Origin: Octopus sinensis
Taxonomy: Eukaryota
NCBI RefSeq assembly: GCF_006345805.1
Contig: NC_042997.1
Span: 94,550,001-94,614,000 of the forward strand
DNA length: 64,000 nt
Direction of reading: 5' to 3'
Shown here: positions 1 to 13,329 of the stretch, one piece after another
Position numbering within the stretch: the stretch's first letter is position 1
How the letters are laid out: each line of letters starts with the position of its first letter
Notes under the pieces: generated by a model
Seen by the model: the letters and a program-made list of their open reading frames with translations, nothing else
Databases searched by the model: none
What the model was told of the DNA's origin: nothing
Position numbers and translations under genes: made by a program

Positions 1-676
1 TGTCTCCACACATATACATGGCCAGTGGTTGAAAATAAGATAAAGGATGACTCGTCCGAGAAAAGAAAACCATACTTCCACTGCTCTAGGGACCAATTCT
101 GTAGGATTTTATATTACTCTAAACGCTTTGCAACGTTTGTTTTTGAAAGTGGTAGTTTTCTGATTGCAACCCTCCAGTGAAATCCGGCGAACAGTTTTTG
201 TGGAAACTGGGTGTTCACGAGGTGGTCATTAAACTCTGCAGTAATTCTGGGAGCTGTATTTTTGTGTTCCTTTCTAACAATTCGTGTAAGAATCCCATGG
301 TCCTTATCTGAAAGTTTTGGTTTTATTCCGGTGTTTTGTTTCGACGAAGAGGTTTTCCCCTCTTTCTCAAAGGCTGTCATTACTTTTCATGACAGTACCC
401 TTGATAGACCAAACATTTCGGCTTCGTTACGCTAGCGCCTGCCATACGTGCACCAACACTTTGATCTCTTTGAAAGTCCGATAGATCTGTCATTTTAATG
501 AATTTTAATTACCTTTTTCTGATGATATCTGAAAAGAAAGAGCAATTTTAGCAAAACATATCAAGCAACATTAATAAAAAAAACATGAAAATAAACAAGC
601 TTTTGACAGTTTTATAGATATTTCAAATATATGATGCTATGATGCTAGGTGTTTCTAGTATTTTGTCCAACGCCTG
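1..676 (-). mobile_element. Tc1-family DNA transposon, 5' part (TIR plus N-terminal HTH region of a decayed transposase)
   Basis: ORF 114..380 (KPKLSDKDHGILTRIVRKEHKNTAPRITAEFNDHL...AIRKLPLSKTNVAKRLE) resembles Tc1 transposase DNA-binding regions. The minus strand begins TA|CAGGCGTTGGACAAAATACTAGAAAC, a Tc1-type terminus, at 676. Confidence 0.85.
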
Positions 677-730
677 TATATATAGAGAGAATTGAAGAGG
701 GATGACAAAGAGAAAAGCTGATGTGGCGGA

Positions 731-846
<116 letters not shown>

Positions 847-1050
847 GATAGGCTCTACATTATCCTGCATTTGTGTGCGCAAATCGCGCATACAGGCGAT
901 ATGTTTAGTGTTATGAAACAATTGAATGAAGTTCTATAGATTTATGCATTAAAAGATGTATCGATGAGATGTATTAAGAGAGTAGACAAGTACAAAGCAC
1001 ATATGATAGTCAATTAGGTAGATAGACAGAAAGAGAGATAGATAGACAGG

Positions 1051-1118
<68 letters not shown>

Positions 1119-1301
1119 ATGATAGTTGGATGGATGGATGGATATATGCGTTGGTGATGCTAACGATATATCAATGGATGTGCAGACAGAGATGTATTAA
1201 TAAATTGGTTACTGAAATGAAATGAAAATAATATCAATTGGTAAATAAATCGGAGCGAAATTGGTGGTGGTTGGATAGTGAAAAGTGTAGTTATATATAT
1301 G

Positions 1302-1391
<90 letters not shown>

Positions 1392-1395
<4 letters not shown>

Positions 1396-2015
1396 ACAAT
1401 TAAGGAATGGCCTTAATAGGCCATTCGTCCACTAGAAAGAGCAGCCAGGACTCAAACCGCTAAGTAGTAGTAATTCAGAAATTAGGTGAAAATTTAAAAA
1501 CGTTTACCCTAATTCATCTTTAGACGATGCATCGTTTCAGTGTTTTTAATGGTAAACCAGCTTAATTAAATTAAATTAAGTCAATCTACCATAGGTTACA
1601 CTTCATCAGTAAAGAAACCAGGAGAGACGGATATACACGAGGCGTCTGTATCAATGCCCTCGGAATATCTGCCTTAAAATTTTCAAGACCATCGTATTCG
1701 CGCCAACTTATCAGCAGTAAATATAAACTGCCGATTTAATCTCAGAATTAGCCAGAAAATCATCAATTAATCAATTTAGGGTAGCAAAAAATTCAAAGAT
1801 GAATTAGGGTAAACGTTTTTAAATGTTCACCTAATTTCTGAATTACTACTACTTAGCGGTTTGAGTCCTGGCTGCTCTTTCTAGTGGACGAATGGCCTAT
1901 TAAGGCCATTCCTTAATTGTTAAATTTATATATTTAGTCTTTGACTATTTTCTCTTTCCCACTAGACCGCTGGTAGCGATAAATTTCTATTGAATTTTTT
2001 GCTACCCTAAATTGA

Positions 2016-2021
<6 letters not shown>
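1392..2021. mobile_element. Non-coding, (TA)n-flanked element with two nested inverted repeats and a hammerhead ribozyme (Penelope-like/retrozyme-like)
   Basis: 1392-1521 is the reverse complement of 1795-1924 and 1765-1796 is the reverse complement of 1990-2021. Both outer ends run into (TA)n arrays. Hammerhead at 1517-1615. Confidence 0.8.
1517..1615 (-). ncRNA. Type I hammerhead ribozyme
   Basis: Minus strand reads TCTTTA-CTGATGA-AGTGT...ACACT-GAAA-CGATGCATCG-TC-TAAAGA. Stem I is 6 bp, the core is intact, stem II is extended, stem III is palindromic and the cleavage triplet is GUC. Confidence 0.9.
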
Positions 2022-2093
<72 letters not shown>

Positions 2094-2779
2094 TTGAATA
2101 AGCTTGTCTTCATTTTGTTTTCTATTTCCTTAAACTATAAAGTATATTATATATGTTAAACATATTAAGAGGAAGGAAATAAGCAATGCCTTCTAAGTCC
2201 AGTTCAGTTATATTCAAAAGCGTAGTTTTTGTTAAATTGCAGTATTTCAAAATAATGTTTTTATAATTAGTTGCTTGTATTTAACATATTATTTTCAAAT
2301 ATGCTAACTTATAGCATAGAATTTCCATGGACGCTACCAGTAATGTTAAATCTGGCTTGAAATTCTTATGTTACTGTTGAATTCCAACTTTGTAAGATCA
2401 TTAGTTTTTGGCATAGTCTAGTCCCCTACTATCACATTCTGAATAGACATCATCATTGAATTAACATGCAATCTTCAATATCTCTGATTATAATATAATC
2501 ATTATTCTGTCGTGCTTTCATACCTATAATATTTTGCTATATATTTTGAAATGTGCATATTATACACCTCGCCTGTGAGATGCATAATGAGTGATTGGGT
2601 GGGCAGTTTTCATGCGATCTTCTCTCAAACAATGCGAGAGTCCAATGTAGCTTAAGGAACGTCAAAGAAGGAAGGGTCTACAAATTCAAAAGATTTTGAT
2701 AATAGTGAGTCTCAAAGATCAGCACCCAACTGAAGTTATTAGAATAAAAGAATTTATGACTAGCAGCAATCTCAACAGA

Positions 2780-3760
2780 GAAACGATGCGTCTGGTAAGA
2801 TAAGCAGATAACAAGTTTAAGGTCTTGACAGGAGCCACCAGACCAGAAAGTTAATAAGAACTGTGATCATAGAAAAACTTATAGAAAAGACACAACAAAT
2901 CGACGGTCAGTCAGAATCTACCATCTAGTTGAAAAATGAGGAGCTAAAGAACCCAATCTAGCAGAAGTAAGCGGAGCAGAAATGTTACCAACATGATTCA
3001 GAATTTGATCAAACGAGGTGATAATCTAAATATGGCAGCAATTGTCTGTGCAGAGTTGAATGGTGGCCTTATAAAGATACATGATACTTTCAAGTCTATG
3101 AAATTTGCGACTACGGTAAGGAGATTAACCTTCTTGTTATCCGATATCACAATAGACTGAATATATACGTTCCAAGCAGTCGGATACATTATTTTTCGGT
3201 AAGATGAACCCCTCGATAGCAATATACGGAAGGAATGGCTATCTATAATGATTATTTCATAAAAGCTTCATCTTTCCAGCATTAAACTTCATCAGCCAGC
3301 CCATTACCCACCTCCATGACCGAGCGAAGATCATCCTCAAAAAGCCATCTTGCTCAAAGCTATCAATTTTGTCATGGCCGGAGTAAACAGGGTGTCATTC
3401 GTATACATGGCGAGTTTAAAAATAATATAATCAGGAATGTCATTAAGAAAAAAGAGGAAATTAGTATTATCAAGTTCAGAAACTCGAGGGATTCATAGAG
3501 GCCTTAAATGAGTAAGAATTGTGTTAATTATTGTTAAATAAGTAAATAAGATAGGCAATGAATCACTTAAGGAAAATGGATACAAGCAACATTCTAAGAG
3601 TATAGCCATACATTAGTTGTAGATTGTGGATCATCCGTTGTAACACAGCAGTAATTCAGGATGAAAACAACGCCAGCTGAAGATTATAAAGAAGCCCTGC
3701 CATATCGCATGAATGTCAAATTCTATTAATTATAATCAATACTGACGCCGTTCAGAGAAC
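2780..3760 (+). pseudogene. Possible heavily decayed Penelope-like RT/endonuclease relic
   Basis: Scattered frameshifted peptide echoes (ADNK, RIYHL, TEGMAI, KEAL) appear in the order expected for a PLE ORF; many stops; weak. Confidence 0.3.
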
Positions 3761-4594
3761 ACTATGATTCACATGCAGAACATGAAACAAATAAGCATTT
3801 CGCCAGACAGAACAGTATAAAGTACATATGACATTTTCAACAATATATTGAAATAGAATGATTCAAACCAGGCAAACAAATATGAAAAACACACTGCAGT
3901 CAATGGAGCTGTGTTGATTGTTCTGGTTAGTGTAGTGTTGGATGTATGTTAGTGATTTTTTGCTTGAAGCGTCATTTTAGAAAGCCAAGAGAGTTACGAA
4001 CTATGTTAAATAAAAACAAAAGCTTGCAGAGAGTGGAAGTTCTAATCAATCTAAATCAACAAGGAAAAGCAAATACAAAATATTAAGGAGTTTCTATTTC
4101 CAGTGTATATTTCATTTATATATTGTTTTGCTTGTATATCAATTTTGTATTGCTACTAAATGCAGATTAGTCTTTCTCCTTGTATAAGTGTGAGTTGTTG
4201 TTGGCTTAATTCTTTTAAGTAAGGTGTGCAATTACTTGCTTAATTCAAGTATATTTTTTGGAAACGGTTCGTGCTTTTGCTTTGATTATTTTCCTCCAAA
4301 AGTTACTTCATGATTTTAGCCTATAGAATATTAAAGGGTAAGGACGTTCTAAGTATGCAAGGAATCATATATTATGTTTTCCTATCACGCAAAAATGTAA
4401 CTTATTGTTGAAAAAGCAATTATTTCACCATATTTCATTTCGTGGATTATTTACATTGGGATGGAAGAACAATTATCCCGCAATTCAAAATGGCAACACG
4501 CATCGCAAGAGCCAAATTATATTATGGCAGTGCAAGTCACACTACAGTGGGAACGATAATTCTGTGAAAGATAGCAATAAAGATATGACAACTG

Positions 4595-4610
4595 ACTACT
4601 ACTACTACTA

Positions 4611-4668
<58 letters not shown>
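4595..4668. repeat. (ACT)n microsatellite
   Basis: Direct read. Confidence 0.95.
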
Positions 4669-4670
<2 letters not shown>

Positions 4671-5062
4671 ATAAGTATAGGCATAAGGCTGGAAATTTCG
4701 CAGGAGGTAAGTTTTACCCGTAGGAGACGGGTGATTAGCTTTTGAATATATTTGATAGGAGACTAACATCCCGATCAATGAGCTTTAAAATTTTGGCAAG
4801 ATTGCCAAAACTTTATTTTATCAAGAACTTTGATATATCTTACGTCAGCGGTGCGTTGCGATACAGAATCTATGTGTCTACCATATCTGAGAATATTTGC
4901 CTGGGTTTCTGCTTGAACTCTTATAATACAATTTTAAATTTTAAATCCACAAAATCTAATAGATGGCACTAATATCGAATTCAAATTTTGGCTGAAGTCC
5001 AGCAATTTAGTGAGTGAAGCTAAATCAATCACATCATCTTCTCAGAAACAAGTTCATTCACA

Positions 5063-5198
5063 TTCTTTTATTCTGATATTTGTTTCAGCCATTTGACTGC
5101 CGCCGTGCAGTCGACCCCTGAACTTATTTTGTGTAAGCCTAGTACTTTTTTGCGGAACCGCTAAGTTACGGGGATGTAAACACACCAACATATACATA

Positions 5199-5249
<51 letters not shown>

Positions 5250-5346
5250 GTGAAATAGAAAGATGAATAATCTTGTAGTAGATTAATCAAAAGTTTAACC
5301 GATACCTTAGTAGCAAAAATCACGCTCCATTTCTTCAATTCACCAA

Positions 5347-5392
<46 letters not shown>

Positions 5393-5553
5393 CGGCTTGT
5401 ATCAATTTCCATCTTCCAAATTCAATCACAAGGCTTTGGTCGGCCCGAAGCCCTAGGTTATGGTAGAAGACACTCGTCCAAAGTGTCACGCAGTGGGACT
5501 GAACCCCGGACTATGGGATCGGTAAGCAAACTACTTACCACACAGCCACTCCC
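5063..5553 (-). mobile_element. tRNA-derived SINE family A, with an insertion in its internal (TA)n tract
   Basis: Head GGAGTGGCTGTGTGGTAAGTAG...TTCAGTCCCACTGCGTG on the minus strand; body and tail homologous to the copies at 48197 and 50522. Confidence 0.85.
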
Positions 5554-5831
5554 ATAACGGTTTTGTAATATTTAAAAAATATATATATTTAATTTTTAGT
5601 ATGTAAATCGACGACTGTGTGATTTGTTCTCAGACATAAGTGAATTATAAAAATCAATGAGCTAAGACATTTTTTTATGTATAATCTGTTAATTGTTGCA
5701 GAAAAGCATGTAGATTTCATTCATGTTTAACTTTACCCTACATACTAGTATAAACAAGTTAGGAGAGTATTGTAGTTCGCTTGAAGCATTGTGTATTGTT
5801 TGTAAAGTATAAAAAAGATTTGAATGGTTCA

Positions 5832-6234
5832 ACAATGCACTATATTATAAAGAATGGACTATATAACTGTTGTAATTTAGTTATCGATAGTCCCATGATA
5901 TTTCGGAATAAAATTCCTGCGTCAGATATTCTTAGATGGAGTCGCTGCCATAATCGGTTTTCCAACGGCTTTTCTATTTTCGGAAGCGTCTCAGCAATGG
6001 TTTCACGAAGCTCCTTTCGGAATTCCTCATGAGAAGTGCGTGAGGTGGGCTATGTCTCAATCTCGTGAGCGTTGGTACATCTGTAGCGCTGCTTCAAAAT
6101 TATGTATTATACGTACGTGCAGCTTCTTTCCCCTCTTCATCTGAAGAAGGAATTTTATTCCGAAATATCATAGGATTATGGATAACTAAATTAGAACAGG
6201 TATATAGTCCATTTTTTGTATTATAGTGCATTGT
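5832..6234. repeat. Diverged inverted repeat (arms 5832-5927 and 6139-6234) carrying a hammerhead-like core
   Basis: The arms align as reverse complements; the right arm begins ATCTGAAGAAGGAATTTTATTCCGAAA. Confidence 0.8.
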
Positions 6235-6754
6235 GGTAACATTAAGAACTTTTTATTCTTTATAAGCAAGTTAATTTCAGGCGGTTACGCGATGACCATT
6301 TGTGATATTTTTGAAAAATCGTCCCATCTGGGATACAGTAAGAAAAAAACTTTTAGATATAATATCGTGCACCTCTCTGTGTGCTTGCTGAGTGCACTAT
6401 AAACATTGTAAGAGCACGAATCCCCAAAAATCTTTTTGAGAAAATGTGCTAATATGAAAACCAGCTACTGTTGGGCGAATAGTACCGAGTAGAAGCAAGC
6501 AACTTTAGTTGTTTGGGAATTTTCGCACGATTCGGAGTAATTTTTCAAGATGTCACTTGGATTTGACCCCTATTCCTCAACCTTTTTTGACGTGACGGGG
6601 CCGCTCCTTTCGGAGGTGTCTTCTGCTCTGGTGTTGAGTGCATTTTTTCTTTTCTTCTTTGGCCTTTTGTTCTATGGTTTCTTCAATGCAGAGTCAATGA
6701 ATGTCAGCGGGTGAATGACCACCCTGCCATGACCTACAACTTGTTAACTATTAC

Positions 6755-6799
<45 letters not shown>

Positions 6800-8149
6800 A
6801 GTTTGTGTGTAAATGTGTTTACGTATTTATTTATTTGTATATATGTATGCATGAGGAGAGAAAGGGGGGGGAGGGAGGGGAGAGAGGGGAGGGAAGAGAG
6901 GGAGAGAGAGAGTGAGGGAAGCAAACAAGCAGAATATAATCATCAAAAATTTAAGAACAACGTTTTATTCCTCATCATATAGTGCTAATTTTAGAACCTG
7001 CAAATTGTTGGTTCACAATGTGCCAAAGTAAATTTAGCCTTACCTTCGTCAGAGATCGATTTACAATTCTATGAATGCCGCTAAAGTGTAGATTGATTGA
7101 ATCTAATGCGCATTTTCATATCAAAATTTGGCCACTTGCCTAATGACAACCGTTAATTTTGGTGCGTGTTTATCCATTTTCATCGATTAGATTCACATAT
7201 TGATATAGTTAAACATCAAAAGAGCCGGAGTCAACAGTGCACACGTTCCTATAATTATTATCTATCCGTTACATTCAAAATATTTATCGTTTATTGCAAA
7301 ATATAAATGGTTTGTTTGTTTAAGATTAACTCAGATCATACTAGGATGGCTGATGCTTTGTACTAACATGAAATAAATATTATAAATAATACAAGACCCT
7401 GAAACTTTATTCTTCATTCTAATGTTAATTTAGATGCATTCCCATGATTTTCACGGCTTATTGATTTACCAGCTAGATACTGCCAAAGTACGTTTACTAG
7501 TTTTCCACTCAACAAGTTACAATTAGCTTCTCTCACACTTGAAATGTTTTGTCTATTCTAGCAGAACCTACATCATGTTAACTATTTCGTCGTCTTGTCA
7601 TATTTTACGTTATTTTCTTTCTAGATAAATCTGAATGAACTGCATACAAGAAAGGTGTCAGAGATCACTGGTCAATCACAATAAGAGATTTTCTAGGTTG
7701 CACTTAAGAACAATTCATTTGATGCTGCCGTACGGGACTATTTATTAGTAATATCTTTATTTCTTTATCTTTATGGTAAGTAATAATCAACATATGCTAG
7801 GGTTTCTTTTTTAATGTGGTTAATGCACACAGTAAGGACTTTAGAAGTGTTAAATGAAAATACTATAACAATCTTAAATGTTAAAAAGTTGTGAAAGGAA
7901 AACATGCTCAATGTAAAGATAAAACGTACTGCCAGTATATAGTCAAATACATATTTTCCGTCTTATTGGTCTCCCTCATGGACGGCAGCCATTCTGGGGA
8001 ACTATTATCACATCAATTTTTATATCTCAGCTCTCGTATATTCATTTCTTTTTAGCAGAACTACAATATAACAAGGAAGTACGCAACCTAGTACCGTTTT
8101 GAAACTATGTTACAAATACACAAGTTTGCGATGGATATTAAGTGTACAT

Positions 8150-8760
8150 ACCAGCTAGTGGAGAAGTATTGAGAGCTGGAGCTACTCTCTCGCTTCGGTA
8201 GGGAATATATCTCCCGATGCAGAGTATAGTTTTCGAGGATAATTTTGGTCCTGTATGTAAACATTAGTTTAGCGAATGCGTGTAGATGAGTAGTTTATGC
8301 TCTTGAAAGAGATAGATATCCGTATTTCTTCAGGCGTCTGAAGAGTTACTTCGGAATGCGCCACTCTTTGCAGTTACTAAGCTATCAGAACGCCACCTTA
8401 GATGAATTTCTTGATTGGATAGGGTCACTTGAAAGAAGAATTCTGTGTAAAAATCTGGATTTCCCAAATCAACAATTCATTTGTCAACATAGAGTAATTA
8501 TTCGGCTAGTAGAATATGAACAGATTAGGTTGTTCACAAATTCAAATTGTCTCAGAACAGACCACAAATTTGTAATGTGTACTGTCAACATACACCGACA
8601 GAGTAGGCAGAGACCCTGCTTCTGGTAATCCAATCTTTGTGAGCCCAAATGAGCAAATTAAGAGGGTATTATCGGTAGCCTGAAAAGTGCGATTACAATA
8701 GAATCAATAAAATTTAGTAAAGTTGTAGCGATGAAGGAAACTTGGAAGAAACGGATAGAA
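8150..8760 (+). pseudogene. Decayed L1/Tx1-like LINE AP-endonuclease fragment
   Basis: VVYAL...FFRRL, NATLD, RVIIR, TDHKFV and RQRPCFW match the order of the APE motifs VYAP, GDFN, LDR, SDH and GYWKLN in Tx1-type ORF2. Confidence 0.55.
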
Positions 8761-8801
8761 ACATAGAAACACTACATCCCTGAGGCCAAAATTAGAAACA
8801 A

Positions 8802-8802
8802 A

Positions 8803-8833
<31 letters not shown>

Positions 8834-8915
8834 GCAACAACAGCAACAACAACAACAACAACAACAGCAATAATAATAATGATATAATAATAATAATAAA
8901 AATAATAATAGTAGT
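8802..8915. repeat. Compound (CAG)n-(CAA)n-(TAA)n trinucleotide repeat
   Basis: Direct read. Confidence 0.92.
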
Positions 8916-9915
8916 AGACAAGACGAAGAGCGCGATGCGATCGTGCTGGATGTTCTATTGGTTGAACGATATTTAGAGAGTAAGACTGTCTTTATCAAGT
9001 TTAAAATAAAAACTGATGAAAATTCAAATTTTATAGCCGGCGAAAAGAAAAAGACAGAAAAAAAAACGATAAAAAAGGAAAGGAATAGAAAGAAGAATAT
9101 TCAATCAAACAGTTTTGTGTAAATTTGATAATATTCTGTCATTTTATTCATTCCTTCAGGGTGTGGTGTTAATAATCCGCAAACATTTCTCCTCATGCAT
9201 TTGGAGTTTAGAAAGAGAAGCAGATTCAGAATATTTTCTGAGAATATGCTCTTTCAAGTTCTTTTCAAAATTGCAGTCATTTGAAACAAAGTTGTTCGGC
9301 AAATTCTGTCTAACTATTGCTATTGTGTCTGATGTCATCAGACTTTAAACCCTAGCATATGTTGATTATTACTTACCATAAAGATAAAGAAATAAAGATA
9401 TTACAAATAAATAGTCCCGTACGGCAGCATCAAATGAATTGTTCTTAAGTGTAACCTAGAAAATCTCTTATTGTGATTGACCAGTGATCTCTGACACCTT
9501 TCTTGTATGAAGTTCATTCAGATTTATCTAGAAAGAAAATAACGTAAATACCAGTAAATCATTTGTTTAATTGCTCTGTTGTACAACCAACATAAATCAA
9601 GTTGTGTTTCGTGCATTCTGCCGCCTACAGCAAATGGGAAATTCTACGTGTCCCATCTTCTGTATAAATCATATTATTTCTGTTATGATTCCTGATAGAA
9701 TTCACTCGACATATGTTGTTGCACAATGAACAGGGCTTACCTCTCTTGCGGTCATTTTTTCAATGTACAATGTGCAGATGCTCCAATGTTATTTTTGCTG
9801 TCGCCAGTCAGCATCAGGTTTTAAACATTCATCTGAGGGTTCATCAAGAGGATTATGCTGTTTGATGTGATGTGCTGTGCCTGTTGATGGGTCGGCTATC
9901 ATCAGTCAAGATGAA

Positions 9916-10004
<89 letters not shown>

Positions 10005-10048
10005 ATATATAATACACATATATATATTTACATAAATATAAATGTATG

Positions 10049-10081
<33 letters not shown>

Positions 10082-10107
10082 GCATATATTTTTTGGTGTT
10101 TTTGTCT

Positions 10108-10320
10108 TTGTGTCTGTGTTTGTCACCCCACCATCGCCTGACAACCGATGCTGGTGTGCTTACTTTCTCGTAACCTAGCGGTTAAGCAAAAGAGGTCGAT
10201 AGAACAAGTACTAGGCTTACAAAGAATAAGTCCTGGGGCCAATTTCTTCGACTGAAAACCCTTTAGGGTTGTGGTCCAGCATGGCCGTAGTCAAATGACT
10301 GAAACATTAAAAAAAATAAA
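10108..10320 (+). mobile_element. SINE family A, 3' half
   Basis: GACAACCGATGCTGGTGTG...AAGTACTAGGCTTACAAAGAATAAGTCC...CCAGCATGGCCGTAGTCAAATGACTGAAAC. Confidence 0.85.
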
Positions 10321-10845
10321 GGAATATATTGAGAGAGATAAAGAAAGAGAGAAAGCGGGAGTTCATTGTATGATTTTATGAACACATAGATGAAAAGAGT
10401 ATGTATTCAATTTTAGAACATTTCTACATTTATTCATATAGTTTCAAAGGGAAAACAGTATTTCATATTTCAAATGTAATGAAAAATATTACGTGCTTCT
10501 CTGAGATTTACTTCATGTATGAAATATTTATGTAATATTTTCAAAATTACTGATCTATGTGTTTTATATTTAAACAAACATTAGTTTATTTATCATTTGG
10601 AATATTTCTGCAAGACTAATCAGTAATCTAGTTATAGTCATAACTGTATGATATACCTGCGAGTAGTTTTATTTATATTGTGCAAAGCGCAGAGAATATA
10701 GATTTTTATATCAGTGAGTGCATATAATCAATGAAAGCAAAATATTTGTGTGTGGGAGTGAGTATGTATGAATTTATATGTACTTATATATGCATATGTA
10801 TATGTATGTATACACACATGCACTCACACATACATACCCACGCAC

Positions 10846-10878
<33 letters not shown>

Positions 10879-12389
10879 TGTATGTATGTATGTATGTATG
10901 TATGCATGTATGTCTATGTGTGTATGTGTGTACTACTTGACTTTGGATAATTCTTGTTAGTTTTAGTCAAGTAGAAATGATGAATGGAGCTCCGTTAGAG
11001 TGGGGGAATGACCACATAGAATTTCGCAAGCTGTCTCAAAATTGTTATTGCTTATACACACATCTACCATTCCTCGTGCATATCTGCAAACGAAAGCGTT
11101 CCAACCACGGTTACCTCGTCGCAAGTTTGAGACAGTTTAGTTCAATTAGAAATAAGTACCGCTTGTTTCCATTTCTGTTTTTAGACGGTAGCGTTCGATT
11201 AAATAAATTTTTGGCTGCTACTTCTAGCAAACTGCTTCGATATTTTGTTGCTCCCTTACGTTTTATAATGGTAAAAAAAAAATAGAAACAGAGAAGAAAT
11301 TCGAGAGATGCTCTTAAATGTCACCTCGTTCGGTGATTCACTATCCTGAGATTGATTTTGCTGTTTATATCCATGGAATAATAAAACGAGAAGCAGTTGG
11401 TGGGTTCATTCCTCTGTATTGATTTTCTTTGACAAAAACAAAACAAAAAAAAACAAACAATCAAAATCAACACAAGGAAAAACTAACAAAAACTGGCTCT
11501 CTTCCTAAGGAAAATAAATCATTGCTTCTTTTCATTGAGTTCCTAACAAAATGCCCTTACAATATTCATTTTCGACTTTAGACACTCGCAATTCAATGGG
11601 CTCATTAAAATCTGTTACAGTAATATCTTTCAGCTAAACCTGCTTGATTATATTATAGGAACAGCAAAAAAGGTCATTGTTATTCCTCTTGAGTTGAAGA
11701 CCTCGGTATTCTAGTTTAAAAAAAAACATATATAGTTTCAATAAAATACTTAATAGGAAAATATTAAGCAGTGGAAAATGATTTAAACCGATTAATGCCA
11801 ACTGTTGAGTGAATTTATATTGAATAACCGTTCAATGGCAACTATTTATAGAGAATTGCCCGTCATTGTATTTTGAGATAACATTTTTTATTTGTTCTTA
11901 GCCTCACTCTTTCGAAACCTTTCATATTTGTTGTTATATCTTAATTTTTCTTCTTTAACCTTTCTCTCTTATTATACAAAGTTACAAGAGAAATGTTAGA
12001 GACAAAGAGTGATTGTATTATGCAGAGAAAGATAATCTGTCAATAGTAGGGGGGGGGGCAGTTGAAAGGCAAACTGACTGAGAGTATTAGAGGAAGGAAG
12101 GAAAGAAAGAGTAATACCGTGTGAGAGGGGGAGAGTGAAAAATTGGGAGTGTAATGTATTTATAGACAGTTAAGAAACAGGAGGTAAGTGGAAGAGAGTT
12201 TAGTTTTGGAGTGGAAGTGTATAAGGTTAGCACGAAGTAATGGAGAAAAATAGCAAAAAGGTTGAGTGATGGATGAAGAATTGCGATAAAAAATCCTTGA
12301 CAAACGTTAAGTCAGAGATAAAAAATTAAAATTGATACGATGTCTACTTACTAAAGTGCACAGCGTTACAGAATATAGGGTTAGATCTG

Positions 12390-12435
<46 letters not shown>

Positions 12436-12523
12436 TATACTATATATATATATATTATATATATATATATACTCTATATATATATATACGCATATATATA
12501 TACACATAACTATATGTTTTTAT

Positions 12524-12560
<37 letters not shown>

Positions 12561-12646
12561 CATCATATATATATAGATATATATGTACATGTATATATGT
12601 TTGTATATAGATATGTATGTTTACACCAACATATATATATACTGTG

Positions 12647-12688
<42 letters not shown>

Positions 12689-13329
12689 CATACACGTAAA
12701 CGCACGCATACAAACACACTCATATGTATGATGTATGCATGTATTTATGTATATATGTATGCGTGCATTTATGTATGTATGTGTGAATGAATGTATGTAT
12801 GTATGTATGTAAATGTCTTCTTCACCTTTTGTTTCCATTCACTATATATCTCCTACTACTGAATTTTCAACAATCCCCTTTCTAACTTCCGTTTTCCTCT
12901 CACTCTTTCTCTCTCTTCCGCCTCTCTCTTATCATTTAGTATATTACCATTACATTTTCTCATACTCTCTTATAGATATATTGTGTTGCTCTAGCTTTTC
13001 AAACTTACTCTTTACTCGCACGCTTTCTTTCTTTCACGATTCTTCCTACTTATCTCAACCTTCTCTTAGTTTTCTTTACTTTCTTACTGGTACTTTTACT
13101 ACCTTGCACATACACTGTGTTACCAGATGATTATCTGGAAGTAAAATACAATAGGTTATGTACAACATACAATATAATTGTTGCCTAGCTCCTTGTTAGC
13201 GTCGATCGTAAAACCTATATAAAAGAACCATTCTTGTTTCGAAACTGCTAGTCGTTTTTAATTTTAAGATGGTAGGATGTATCTTTGAGCGAAATATGAC
13301 TGTTTTCTCCAAAGTGAATTGGGCCTTAG

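Larger units (their letters stand above)
7602..9549. repeat. Near-perfect inverted repeat of about 200 bp (7602-7805 / 9348-9549)
   Basis: The arms align as reverse complements with only about 3-4 differences. Confidence 0.92.

Noticed and set aside
3225-3302. CTGATGA...GAAA on the minus strand
   Set aside because: No credible stem II or III.
8333-8362. GGCGT-CTGAAGA...GGAA-TGCGCC hammerhead-like string
   Set aside because: No GAAA box or NUH triplet; better explained as part of the LINE endonuclease relic.
9741-9918. Possible minus-strand exon ending in GAG|GTAAGC
   Set aside because: Stops in all frames over the stretch and no recognisable protein.
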